64,000 bases of DNA, from positions 1 through 64,000 of the forward strand of contig JAVECL010000056.1 in the NCBI GenBank assembly GCA_051942245.1, written 5' to 3'. The stretch's first letter is position 1. Each line of letters opens with the position of its first letter. The notes under the pieces are model-generated. The model searched no databases. It was given only the letters and a program-made list of their open reading frames with translations, and was not told where the DNA came from. The DNA comes from Trypethelium eluteriae (lineage: Eukaryota). This document shows positions 49,889 through 62,358 of the stretch, piece by piece. The position numbers were made by a program, and so were the translations under genes.

Positions 49889-50285
49889 AGCGAAAGCGTG
49901 ATCTGCGGGGGCCAGAGCTGCAAGGTCGGTATGGCTGAGCCTGGACGCGAGGCAGCAGTGAGATTATGGGAGCACTGGAGAGCCGTTGATCCTTTGGCGT
50001 GGTGGGGACGGGAAGGGTGGGAAGGGTTGGAAGGAAATTCAGCATGATCGGACGGAAGTGACTGCGGTGGGGATGACGTTGCCTAGCGCCTAACCTAGAT
50101 CATCATCATTCGTAGCAGCACCGGACCGTTGCTTTCAAACCATGACTTCTTTAACATCTACAATCTATCAAACCTACCTATAACAAGCTGCTACCCCTCG
50201 TCCTTCATCTGCAAGCTCCTCTTCCTTCTGTCCCGTGGCCTTGACTCCATCCCGTAGAAGGTCCAACTCGTGATTCCCTGTCAAC

Positions 50286-52597
50286 ATGGTTGACCTTAAG
50301 ACACTCGCTCCTCACCCTAAAAGTGTGAAGAAGCCGCCATATACTGTCGAGGCTCCAGGCTACAAACAAATCAAAGGGGAAACGATTCCGCGCCGAAATG
50401 TCGCGACAAAGGATGGACTCAAAGCGACTCCAGCCGAAGGCGTCAATACGATTTACGATATAATCACATATAGCTCCAAAAAGTACGGAAATGCCAAGGC
50501 CATGGGATCTCGGAAACTGCTCAAGACTCATCATGAAAAGAAGAAAATCAAGAAGGTCATTGAAGGCAAGGAACAGGAGGTGGAGAAGGTCTGGTCATAC
50601 TTCGAGCTAAGTGGCTACAACTACATGAGCTACGTAGAGTACGAAAAGCTGGTCAACCAAATCGGTTGCGGCCTCAGGAAGCTTGGTATGAACAGTGGTG
50701 ACAAACTCGAGTTATTTGCAGCAACCAGGTCAGTTCAACCCCACCCTCGACATTGATGAAGCTGAGCTAACAATTTGGAGCCCATACTGGCTTGCATCCG
50801 CACATGGCGCCCTATCACAATCCATGGCCATTGTCACTGCCTACGATACACTCGGAGAGGAGGGCCTCAAACACTCGATGAAGCAAACTGGTGCCAAAGC
50901 AGTCTTTCTCGACCCACATCTCCTCAAGACCCTGATCAACCCTCTAAAGGAAGCCACCGAGATCGAGTACGTTATCTACAATAGTGCCGGTGAAGTCAAA
51001 GAGGAAGATATCCAGAAGTTGAAAGACGCACACCCGCGTTTGACAGTTCAGAGTTTTGAGGAGCTCCGGAAATTGGGTGAAGCCAACACGGTAGATCCAA
51101 ACCCTCCAAAGCCAGATGATTTATGTTGCGTAATGTACACATCTGGCTCCACTGGTCCTCCAAAAGGAGTAATGCTGAAGCACAGTAATGTCGTAGCTGC
51201 CAGTAGGTCCCATCTCACTCCCCTGACATTTGGCATGCAAATGGTAACATTCTTTTGCAGTCACCGGCGTCGATGTCATCATCGGGCAATATCTTGGACC
51301 TGGTGATGGACTCCTCACGTATCTACCGCTTGCTCATATCCTCGAGTTCGTTTTCGAAAACGCAGTCCTTTTCTGGGGTGGCACGATGGGTTACGGGGGG
51401 ATCAAGACTCTTTCCGACAACTCCGTCCGTAACTGCAAGGGTGATATTCGCGAATTCCAACCCACGATCCTGGTGGGCGTGCCTGCAGTCTGGGAGACAG
51501 TCAAGAAAGGTATTCTTGCGAAGGTCAACGCAGGTAGTGCAATCACGAAAACTCTCTTCTGGAACGCCATGCACGCCAAAAGCTTTCTCCTTGGCTCTGG
51601 CCTGCCAGGTGCTGGTGTCTTGGATGCTGTTGTCTTCAGCAAAGTTAAAGAAGCAACTGGCGGCAAACTCAGGATATGTATGAACGGTGGCGGACCTGTG
51701 GCCAAGGATACACAGCGATTCATTTCAATGGCTATTACTCCGATGGTTGTTGGATACGGCCTGACCGAGACAGCAGCGTAAGCATGCCTCGAATAATAGC
51801 ATTTTATCCTTTTGGCTGCGTAACATACTGACGTTGGACAGCAATGGAGTTTTGATGGATCCTTTGGCTTGGTCTGATGATGCCATGGGCGAAATCACAG
51901 GAGCTGTTGAGATCAAGCTCGTAGACGTTCCCGATATCGGCTACTTCGCCTCAAACGATCCGCCGCAGGGTGAAATCTGGATCCGTGGACCTCCTGTCGC
52001 CAGTGGGTACCTTGATCTCCCAGATGAGACAAAGGAATCTTTCACCGATGACGGCTGGTTCAAGACCGGAGATATTGGAGAGTTTGACTCCAAGGGTCAA
52101 CTCAAGATGATCGACCGGAAGAAGAATCTTGTCAAGACTTTGAACGGAGAGTACATCGCCCTAGAGAAACTCGAATCCACCTACCGTTCCTCCCCAGTCG
52201 TTGCCAACATTTGCGTCTACGCTGCCCAGGACAAGGCCAAGCCCGTCGCCATCATTGTACCCAACGAGCCTGCGTTAAAGAAAGTGGCTTCCGAGAATGG
52301 CGTCAAGGGCGAGAGTCTGGAGGGCTTGGTGCATGATGAGAAGCTGAACTCTGCTGTGCTCAAAGATTTGCAAGCTGCAGGAAAGAGAGCAGGCTTGCAA
52401 GGTATTGAGATCATTGACGGAGTAGTCTTGACTGATGAAGAATGGACCCCACAAAGTGTAAGTCATGGCATTATCCCAGTGGTTCATTTCATACTCACAG
52501 AATTCAGGGTCTGGTAACCTCTGCTCAGAAATTGAACCGCAGAGGTATCCTCAAGCAATACGAGGGAGACATTTCGAAGGCCTATGGCGACTCTTGA
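50286..52597 (+). CDS. FAA1: Long-chain fatty acyl-CoA synthetase (Faa1/Faa4/FaaA)
   Basis: Motifs GETIPRR, VTAYDTLGEEGL, MYTSGSTGPPKGV, YLPLAHILE, GYGLTET, GWFKTGDIG, IDRKKNLVKTLNGEYIALEKLES; four introns. Confidence 0.95.
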
Positions 52598-52972
52598 CCT
52601 GATATGCGAAGTTTGCAGTGGATTGGTGGGAATATGAAGTAGTTGCGCGTGTAATGAGTCTATGTATTTTTGTCCACATCGGCCGTATTGCACGTACTTA
52701 TTACGGGCGTGTCTGGAGTAGTAACGTCGCAGTTATGCTAGATGTGTTGAGGGCGTCCTCGAAACCAGTACTTGCACTCAACTCTAGTTCAATTTGAGCA
52801 ATAGCATTATCTTACGTACCGTACCTTAAGGTACTTTCCAAGTAACACTTCGTTCAGCACGTGACCATTGTGCTTTAGGTGCCTTGCCTTAGGTCCGGCA
52901 AGGTATCTAATTGAAAGACATCATCTCAAGCCCAGCTGGGATGTTCTAGCTGGTGAACCGTATACCTCCTTT

Positions 52973-55309
52973 ATGATTACTGCGGGGATCTTCAGTCGTC
53001 CGCGAACCGTCATATTCCTGCAATCTATCTGTTCACGCCGCACAATTGAAACACATCTTCCTTCCCAGATCTCATTTCGTACTAAACTATTTTCTACGAT
53101 GCATCGGTCTCCTGCTGCAATGGTCACTAGACCACCTCCGGCAGACATCACCATCAATCCACCAAGAGATCCAAATACGCTATCCAATTACAACAACTTC
53201 AGAACTACGCACACGAGGGCCGTTCTTGACATCGAATTTGAGCCAAAAAGGGTCTTTGGCACTGTGCATATCACACTCAAAAGCCTCACACATGGGGAGA
53301 CGAAGGATCTCATTTTAGATACTAGGTTCGCGATACCTTCTCTTTCCAAGTCTTCTTCCTTTTCCTAAGTGGCCATACCATTCGCTCCACGCTCTGCTCT
53401 ATGTGAAGAGATTGCTCTTCCAGATGTGAAGGTCGGCTCTAATCCATAGTCTCTAGTTACCTCGACATCGAACAGGTAAGGGTTGGGGAACGGCTAGTAA
53501 AATGGACACTCGAAGCGCGAGCGGAACCTTACGGTGCCGGTCTAAGTATTGCACTCGATGCGCCCGTAGCGAAAGGCGAGGATATCGAGGTCGCGGTACG
53601 TTTTCCTCTGAGCGAAAATGGACGATAGCTAACTAACCTCTGAAGATTACGATGAGCACGACGCCGGATTGTACAGCGCTGCAATGGTTGACGCCAGAGC
53701 AAACCTCCAACAAGAAGCATCCATACATGTGTAAGACTGTTTAGCGGGTCAAACGAGACGCGCTTACAATTTGATACAGTTTCTCAATGTCAAGCAATCC
53801 ATGCCCGGTCCCTGTTCCCTTGCCAAGACACTCCAGATGTCAAGTCGACATACGACTTCCTGATTCGCTCTCCTCTCCCAGTTCTCGCCAGCGGTCTTCC
53901 TAAAGGTGCATCAGATTTTATTCCGGGTAAACATGGGCGCCCAGCCACCCTTCTCTATCGGTTCCACCAACCCATCCCTATGCCATCCTACCTATTCGCC
54001 ATTGCCAGCGGTGATTTGGCAAGTGCCTCTATTGGACCCCGTAGTACGGTTTGGACTGGACCGGACGAGCTCACGGCAGCCAAATGGGAGTTTGAAGAGG
54101 ATACTGAAAATTTCATCGAAGCAGCCGAGAAGATTGTATATCCTTATGCCTGGACTATGTACAATGTTCTTGTATTGCCTCCAAGCTTTCCTTACGGGGG
54201 AATGGAGAATCCACAATGGACGTATGCTACCCCTACTATAGTTTCGGGTGATCGTGCTAATGTTGACGTGATTGCTCATGAGTTATCTCATTCCTGGAGC
54301 GGAAACTTGGTGTCTAATGCTTCGTGGGAGCATTTCTGGCTTAACGAGGGCTGGACTACGTACTTGGAACGAAGGATTCAGGCGGCAATTCATGGGGAAT
54401 CTCACCGAGATTTCAGCGCAATCATTGGATGGAAGGCGCTGCAAGATAGCGTAAAGAAGTTTGGAGAGGACCATGAATTCACGAAGTTGGTCGTGGATTT
54501 AAAGGGAAAAGACCCAGATGATGCTTTCAGTAGTGTACCATACGAGAAGGGGTTCGTGTTCCTTTACTCACTGGAAAAGATGTTAGGGAAGGAGAAGTGG
54601 GATGAGTTCATACCGCACGTAGGTTGCCGCACGGATATACAGCTCGGATCTCGCAGCTGCTAACAGAAGGCAGTATTTTACGACGTACCGCGAAAAGTCT
54701 CTAGATTCATACGACTTCAAATCCACACTCCTCGACTTTTTCGCCAATGATCAGGAAGCCTCACAAATCCTCAGTGAACTTGATTGGGATGCTGCCTTCT
54801 ACAAACCAGGATACCCAGCCAAACCTGACTTCGATACCTCTATGGTAGACGTCTGCTATGAGCTTGCCGATCAGTGGGAGGCTCTTTCCAAAGGCGACGG
54901 CAAATCCGACTTCAAGCCGCAGAAGCAGGACATCGATGGCTGGCTGGCGAATCAGAGCGTTGTCTTCCTCGAACGAGTCCAAAACTTCCCAGAACCTCTT
55001 TCAGTTGAGCAAGTTGAAATCATGGGAGAGGCTTATGATTACGGCAAGTCCCAAAACGTGGAGCTAGTCAGTAGATACTTCCAAATAGGACTGAGGGCCA
55101 GGGCGCAGAGTATTTACAGGCCTGCTGCGCAGCTACTGGGAAGGGTGGGAAGAATGAAGTTCGTGCGACCATTATTTAGGGAGTTGAAAAAGGCAGATCG
55201 AGAGCTAGCCTTCGAGACGTTCGAGGAGAATCGGTTATTCTATCATCCTATCTGTAGAGCGATGGTGGAAAAGGATTTGTTCGGAGATGACCCGACTCGA
55301 AAGTCTTGA
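52973..55309 (+). CDS. LAP2: Leukotriene A4 hydrolase / leucyl aminopeptidase (peptidase M1)
   Basis: Motifs [72 protein letters not shown]. Start is ambiguous (ATG 52973, 53099 or 53120). Confidence 0.95.
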
Positions 55310-55638
55310 CAGATTGAACAAGGCATCTCACGAAGTGGAGTCACAAGTATGGAGTTCTGTACATAGAGTATCTTGTGCGTCAGGCGTGCTTTCGGTCGAG
55401 AACCTAAGAGAAATGTCGCACGCACGAGATGAGTTTGTTCCGCCAACCTTTTCGACCATTTGGCTCGCGTCGTCTCGTGTCATGACGCGCTTCAACATTT
55501 TCCCCCACAACAACTAATACACCATTAACATCCCGGGCAATCTACGTACAAACCATATGATATTGCCGAGACCTCAAACGCTCCTATCATGCAAATGGCG
55601 ACAGCATAGACTCGTTGCGAAATCCTTCTTTCCACAAA

Positions 55639-57543
55639 ATGCCTCGACCCAGACGCGCCCGCGTCACACCCTCCGCACCCGTCACTACAGCATCCCGACG
55701 CGCCGCTGCCGCCGAACATGCGGAATACGCGACTTCGACCTCGAACGGAACAAGATCAGGCGCGCGGAAGCCTCTTGCGAATCTGTCGAACACTGCCAGC
55801 TCTGTGCGAACAAACAGTGACTCCAGTGAAGCGTGTTTCGGGCTAGTGAAGAATGCGCCGAAGGGAAGCCGGAGGCAGGGTGGCGGGAGAAGGGATGAGA
55901 GCGCAATGATGGTGGGAGGCTTGGGAGAGGGAGAGGTGCGGTTGAGAAAGAAGGTAGAGAGAAGAGAAACACAGGATAAACGAGAGTCGAATGGAGAACG
56001 GCCTTCGAATCCCAGTGGACGAGTAACCAGAGCCGTCGAAAGAAGCGTCTCTAATGAGCAGTCCGGGGGTACCGTCAAAGATTTGAGGAGCCACAAGGAG
56101 CTAGCAAGCTCAGCTAGACGCCAGGTTATAGCAGTGGAAGGGAAGGGGCATGCAGTAGATGCTCCAGCGGCATCAGATTCAGAACCGTTGCCTGAGACGC
56201 AGATAAGACGAGGTACTGCGCAAGGTACGGAGCAGTCGAGACGAATCACTCCGTCACCGGAAAAGCTTGAACGAATCTTGCAACAGATACCATCGTCAGC
56301 GCAACGGGTACGGAATACGCCTGGCGGCGATACATCCATATTGGCGCTTGGGAATTGGAGGCGCAGGCCAAAACAGCCCAGTGTTGTGCGTACGGCAGCA
56401 CAACAACCAAGCGATCTCGACACTGAGGACTCCTTTGAGCTACCAGCCTCTGATGATTTCAACCCCGATGATGAATCTACACCTCTCAAGCTTGCTACAG
56501 TGGAGAAGCCAGACAAGACCGTTGGGGACGATCGCAATCAAGCTCTTGATTTAATGGAATCGGCAACTTCTATGTCAAGAAAGAGGAAGTTATCAACACC
56601 ATCAGTGCAGAAAAACCAGCTCGGCGAGCAGATTCTATCAAGGTCTTCACTTCGCAGGCGGCGCGAGTCGTCATCTAGCCTACCTTCCGACCCAGTGTCA
56701 GCGACCGGCCGGCGGGCCACTGTGGTCTCTGAGGCCTTAGACGAGCCTGATGAAGCCCGTCCCCGATCCAGGACTCCTCGATCTGGGAGCGCTAGACCTG
56801 CTGAGATATTGTCAGACACACAAGCCTCGCCTCTGAGCAGTAGTCACCTTTCTCAATCTTCCAGTCCGCAGAGACGGCAACCTCATAAATCTAGGCCTCA
56901 AAAAATTGCAGCGGGCACAAAACGAACCGCAAAGCAACCGAAACAAGACAAGGAGTCGAAGCGGCTCACAACAGCCGAGCTGACAACCCTTCTCCCACAA
57001 AGACGCAACCGACGAAGACAAGCTCCCAAGGCTGACTTCGAGATCCTCAGCTCATCCGAACAGCGTGACGCGAGCGAAGAGGAGGAGCTTGAAGAAGACG
57101 AGGACGAACTCGCGCCTCGGCAGCGCAAGACCAAGAAGAGCAGAGCGCCGCCTTCGGCCAAGCGGAAGATACAGACACCCACAAGCGCAAAAAAGAAAAA
57201 GTCACGAGCAGTTGCAACATCGGCTGGGCGATCGCGTGTCAGTGAAGTGAAGCACAGGTACGGAAGGAACTCCTCGGACAAGGAGAATCAAGGCGAATGG
57301 GATGAGGAGCCGAGCGAGTTTATGCAGCATCTTGCTAGTAGCGGTGACTCCGCAGGAGACCATGATACCATCATTGTTGAAGATGGCAATGATGGTGGGA
57401 AGAGAGGGAGAGGGGGGAAGGGGAAGCATAGGGAGAGTCTGGAGCTGTCGGCCGTGGCGAAGAAGTTTGCGGAGGTGGATGAGTGGGAGATGGAGTTCGA
57501 GAGTGTGGAAACTGGAGGACGAAGCTCGAGTCCGTGGAGATGA
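55639..57543 (+). CDS. Basic low-complexity hypothetical protein, probably nuclear
   Basis: Long intronless ORF with conserved-looking short motifs GNWRRRPKQPSV, LTTAELTTLLPQRR, SDKEN and KKFAEVDEWEMEFESV. Confidence 0.75.
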   Translation: MPRPRRARVTPSAPVTTASRRAAAAEHAEYATSTSNGTRSGARKPLANLSNTASSVRTNSDSSEACFGLVKNAPKGSRRQGGGRRDESAMMVGGLGEGEVRLRKKVERRETQDKRESNGERPSNPSGRVTRAVERSVSNEQSGGTVKDLRSHKELASSARRQVIAVEGKGHAVDAPAASDSEPLPETQIRRGTAQGTEQSRRITPSPEKLERILQQIPSSAQRVRNTPGGDTSILALGNWRRRPKQPSVVRTAAQQPSDLDTEDSFELPASDDFNPDDESTPLKLATVEKPDKTVGDDRNQALDLMESATSMSRKRKLSTPSVQKNQLGEQILSRSSLRRRRESSSSLPSDPVSATGRRATVVSEALDEPDEARPRSRTPRSGSARPAEILSDTQASPLSSSHLSQSSSPQRRQPHKSRPQKIAAGTKRTAKQPKQDKESKRLTTAELTTLLPQRRNRRRQAPKADFEILSSSEQRDASEEEELEEDEDELAPRQRKTKKSRAPPSAKRKIQTPTSAKKKKSRAVATSAGRSRVSEVKHRYGRNSSDKENQGEWDEEPSEFMQHLASSGDSAGDHDTIIVEDGNDGGKRGRGGKGKHRESLELSAVAKKFAEVDEWEMEFESVETGGRSSSPWR

Positions 57544-58564
57544 GTTGAGTACCTTGTTATGAGTGCAAGGGCAGTTGATAGCAATTGATAGCGTTTTGTT
57601 GCATATGATAGTTCCATGATCGTAAGCGTGCGCATATTAAATGCGATTTTTGATGTTGTCCAATGAATGGTACATCCACATTATTTACTTCAGTGCTTTT
57701 ATAACACTGACCACACGATTGCAAAGGATACTTTGAGATGATTAACTTCATTAGAATACTGTAGTCAAACAGAGCTACTTTGATATTATTGTTCACTATG
57801 GAGTTCTGACGCGGGCGACGCACTCAACGGCACAACACCTATCCCGAGCTTTCAGCCAGTTGAGCCACTGCAATTTGAACTAGCTATGATCAAGATGCCA
57901 TGGCGAGAATGGCAGGAAGTTGGTCTGTGAGATATATGCCTATCGAACGGGCGCAGCGGCACACCAGAGTCAGTTGGCATGAAGCTGGCACCAACAATCT
58001 GAACAGGAGTCATGAGACATGGTGCGGGCATCACCGACAAATCCCATGAGAGTTACCTCCTGTTGGACGAAATGGGATCTCATCGTACCGTCGATCATCC
58101 AGTACACGAGATCTCTATGGAGCTTTTTAGGGACCCATGAAGTACTGCTGGCCTTTTACTAGGTACCTAGGTAGGCACGGTGGGTATCGTACCTAATGAA
58201 CTCGGTGATTTCCGAATGGAGCCGGGCCGAGCACAGAAACAAGCCAACAACGCTAAGTTCCAAAGCTTCATTCGTTGATCCATATCCGTCTCCCCAGTAA
58301 TTACGTGCTGTTGTAAGTCAAGCCAACACTCGGGACATGGCTTTCCAGATAACCAGTAATGCAAAGCGAAGGTATCAACCAACGTCGCCCAGTAAGGTTC
58401 AGAGTCCAAGACCTCAGTTACCTGTTCTCAATCACTCTTTCATTGAACTGCCATCCTCTGTCCATAGCATTCTCCAAACCATTTCTTTTATGGCGTTCAT
58501 TTGGTCAGTCTCTTTCTGAGTCTAGCAAAGAGCTAGCGGTCCCGCTTCCTTGGGAAGTTCTTCG

Positions 58565-59868
58565 ATGGCCATTCTGCCAATTACCAAGACAAGCAGTATT
58601 GTACTCGGGGTGCTGGGGTACACGTTCTTCGCGTGGCACACCTGGCAAAGTAGTAATTCTGTATACCACAGACATCGGCTGTTAGAACAATGGGAGTACA
58701 ACTTCACACGAGACGGAGACGATAAAACCCTCACCAAAGAGCAGTGTGCGATTGCTTTCCCAAATAACACCTACGAAATCCAGGATGCCGTCTCGCGACT
58801 GGATGGGGAAAAGATTTCATATGACAAGCTCAACATTGCTTTAGACCGGACCTGTACGAGACTAATTATATACGAAGGCAAGCTATACGTACTTGAGGGA
58901 GCCACCCAAGAAAATTCTTACATGGGCTGGCTTTGGGAGCAGAGAACTATCGGTACGGCACGCCTCGCTGTCTACCAGCACGCATCGCATATCGCTGACC
59001 TCTCCTCGCAGGCACCATCATGATGATCTACGATGCCATTGTCGGCGCCAAGCCCGGCACCATCCCCAATATAGAGTTCCCCTTCTGCGCTGACGACGAC
59101 GCCATCCGCGCCCACCGCGGTATTTCCTGGGGCTACACTCGTCACAACGCTTTCGAGGACCAGCGCCAGGTCTGGGTCATCCCTGACTTTGGCTACTGGG
59201 AATGGTACTCCTCGAAGATATACAGCTACGCTGATGCGCGCCGGCAGATCCTACGACGAGCCAACAACCTTACGTGGGCGGAGCGAAAGCCGCAAATGGT
59301 CTGGCGAGGAGCCACAAAGTTCAATCCGATGAGAGGGAAACTAGTGGACCAGGCTTCAGGGAAGGAATGGAGCGACGTCCGGGACTGTGCTGGGGGTTCC
59401 TGTTTTGTGGAATTGGAGGACCATTGCAATTACCAGTTCATCCTGTATACCGAGGGCGCGACTTACTCTGGTCGTATGAAGTATCAGCAGCAGTGCAAGA
59501 GCGCAATGATCATGCATACTATACACTGGATAACACACTCCTCGCATCTCTTACACTGGGACGGTCCGGAGCAGAACATCATCAAGGTCGAAGACGACTG
59601 GACGGATCTGGAGGAAAAAGTGCAGTATTATCTCAACCATCCGCAGGAGGCGGAGGCAGTCGCTGAGAGAGGGTACAAGTTGTTTGCAGAGAGATACCAG
59701 ACCCAGGCGGCGATCTCTTGCTACTTCCGTAGTCTTTTTGATGCGTGGGGAGCGCATCAGGGATACGACGTCAATCTCTGGGATGAAAACGGACACATGC
59801 GTGGCGTTCCCTTTGAAAGCTACGCAGTCGCGAGGACTTACTTAGGAAACGCCCCACACGTGGATTGA
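58565..59868 (+). CDS. Glycosyltransferase family 90 (CAP10/KDELC-like)
   Basis: Type II membrane anchor, LTKEQCAIAFP, intron 58953-59011, then IPNIEF, WVIPDFGYW, KPQMVWRG, DHCNYQFILYTEGATYSGRMKY, DWTDLEEKV. Confidence 0.9.
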
Positions 59869-60627
59869 TAATTCCTGGAAGAATTGCTCTTCAGATCTTC
59901 TGGCATTCTCCACAAGTGGCCCGAAACCTCAATATTTGGTCAAGCCGGAGTGGGTAAGGTATCAATGCGGAGGAACAGCAGCAAAATGCGGAAGACCCAG
60001 CAAAATACCTACCTACCTAGATAGGTCCTCCTCATGATCTTGATCGCGTGATCGATGCCATAATACGTATCATGTAGGGCCAAGCAGCGCGTGGTGCGCG
60101 TCTGTGTCATCGAAGCTATATGTCACAAACAACGGCTTGCTGGATCTGATTGTTAACGTCGCCGGTCATAAGACTGAGGCGAGAACACAACCACGACGTC
60201 GACTCTGCCAAAGTGATTCACATATCTTGACATTAGATATGTGTTTCAAAGTATGAATGCTGAGTCAGTGTATTGGTAGGACCCAAAGCTTCAAGATCGC
60301 TAGGAGTCTCTCGACAGGCCGATACCATCAGGAGCGTGTTGCATTTATGGGCCGGGATTGCGTATTTGAGGAGTGATATAGCAGTCTTTTAATGTGGGTC
60401 GATGGGTTTTGTGTGTTAGAATTCACTTCTGGGTGACTAAGAATGTGACTTACCATCACCACTTCGGTTGTGATCTTGCGTCACCTATGACATCGATTCT
60501 CTATTCTAATATATAAACCTCATTTCTCAGATTTCTCTTTGTTCCTAGCTCTCAATATTCCAACCTCTTGATTTGAACGGCACCTTTGTCGCTGGTTTGC
60601 AGAATCCTTGACTTCATATCAAGCGCC

Positions 60628-61681
60628 ATGTCCTATTCCACTAAAGTTTTCGAGGACTCTCTTCACTCACTCTTCCTAGATATCAAACTAAAGAGGAATG
60701 AGATTATGACGAAGAGATCACAGAGAGCCGCTGATGAGGAAAAATTTACGAAACGCATCTTCGACCTGGAACAACAGCTGGAAACAATGAGAACGCGGAA
60801 GGAGGTTGTTATGAGTCGACATGACAAACAACTGGCACAGTTGAGCACAACTCAGACAGTGAGTCTCAGAATTGGACTTAGTTCATTTGGTTTTGCGACA
60901 TCATACAAATAAAAGGATCTTTTTCTAGGGCAATCTTGAGAAGTTGCGCGCCATCGTGAATCCCGACCTCGCCAACGACATCGATACTCCAACACCAACA
61001 AAAAATCATCCATGGGTGCAGCCAAGATCACTCTCTCCTCCTCCTTTGAAAGGATGGTATTTCAACCAGTCTCCTCCTCAGTACCCCAACCAAACGGACG
61101 CTTCCCCCTCCGATTCGTTCTCGCGTGCGGGCACTCCTAAGTCCACTGCTTCTAATGATGCAAAATCTATTGCATCCCCATTTACGCGGTCATACAATAC
61201 CCAATTTTCTTTTCCCAAAGATTGGAGCCCTGAAGCGTCCCCAATCTTCAAACCGATCCAATGTCAACAGCAACCTCAACATCCGAAACAGACAGAACCT
61301 GTTTCACTTCCTACCCTTGGTATGGATTATTCAAATGTCTCCGAGCATTCCTCGGACGTTGTGGTTGAGCCAGCTGTGTCCCCGCTGCTCGAGGCACGCT
61401 CGAGTTCAACTCAAATGTGGTCCCCTCCTCATGTAGCAGACGTCCCGTCCTCGGGAGCCAAAAAGTCTTCAGGTACCTGTCTCCAAATGCCGGGGATGAT
61501 CGATCCTGGATGGCTTCAGGATACCTGGAGTGTTTGCGACCGTCCTCGCGGAGATGTAGAGGATGGTTCATTTCAGACTAAGGTGAACAAGCTGCTTGCC
61601 AAGAAAATCCACAATAATGCTGCCAAGAAGGGTAAAGGGGTAGGAAGAGCGCAGGATGACATATATGTAGCCGACTTCTAG
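60628..61681 (+). CDS. Hypothetical protein (N-terminal coiled coil, Pro/Ser-rich)
   Basis: Exon 60628-60858 and exon 60929-61681 join in frame across GTGAGT...TAG. Confidence 0.6.
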
Positions 61682-62358
61682 CAGTCAACTGGGTGGTACA
61701 CATGCGGAACCTCTGAAGTGGTTTCATTAGAGGTGAACTGGATTCAAGGGGCGAGCAGAACCCAGGAATCCATCTTTGAACTTGGACGAATTGAGGGAAT
61801 GATATTGATTTCATAGAGCACGCTCATGCCGAGGGCAAGTCACACAGATTCAGAAGTTGTTTCAAGGACCTAAGAATTAATTAGATGCTTTAATACAAGT
61901 GTTTTTCATCTCTCAAAGCGTGCGTAATTATGACAAGCTCCCAATCGATATCTATACATAGGAGCTGGAACGCCATTTGTAGATATCAACAAGGATGGTA
62001 CACCTTTTAGAGCCTCCTTGCATTTCTTCGCCTGGACCGGGTACCTTTTCATGGGTAGGTATGGATATTCGCCTTTGGTTGTCTAAGAATTGAAAAGCGA
62101 TCAGGATTCGGACTTGCGATGAGAATGCCTGCTGAGCAAAGATGATTGTGATTAGAACAAAGAGAATAAAAAGGATACATAGAAGAAGAGAAGGCACAAC
62201 AGAGGAGGCAAGAAAAAGAAAGGCTGAGCGGAAAAGACATGAAGCGCAAGAAAAGAGTCCTCGTTCAGTCTCTGAATCCTCGAATAGGGGTAAATGCCTA
62301 CTTTATGCTGTGAAGTAAACCTACCTCAATCAGATCTGAGTTCTCGAGTACCAAGCAA

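Noticed and set aside
55587..56537. 316-aa antisense ORF (likewise 41489-42310 and 26463-26912)
   Set aside because: Shadow ORFs opposite low-complexity or GC-rich real genes, with no recognisable motifs.
34663..59868. Acyltransferase-3 plus GT90 as a polysaccharide-modification cluster
   Set aside because: They are over 22 kb apart with unrelated core genes between them.
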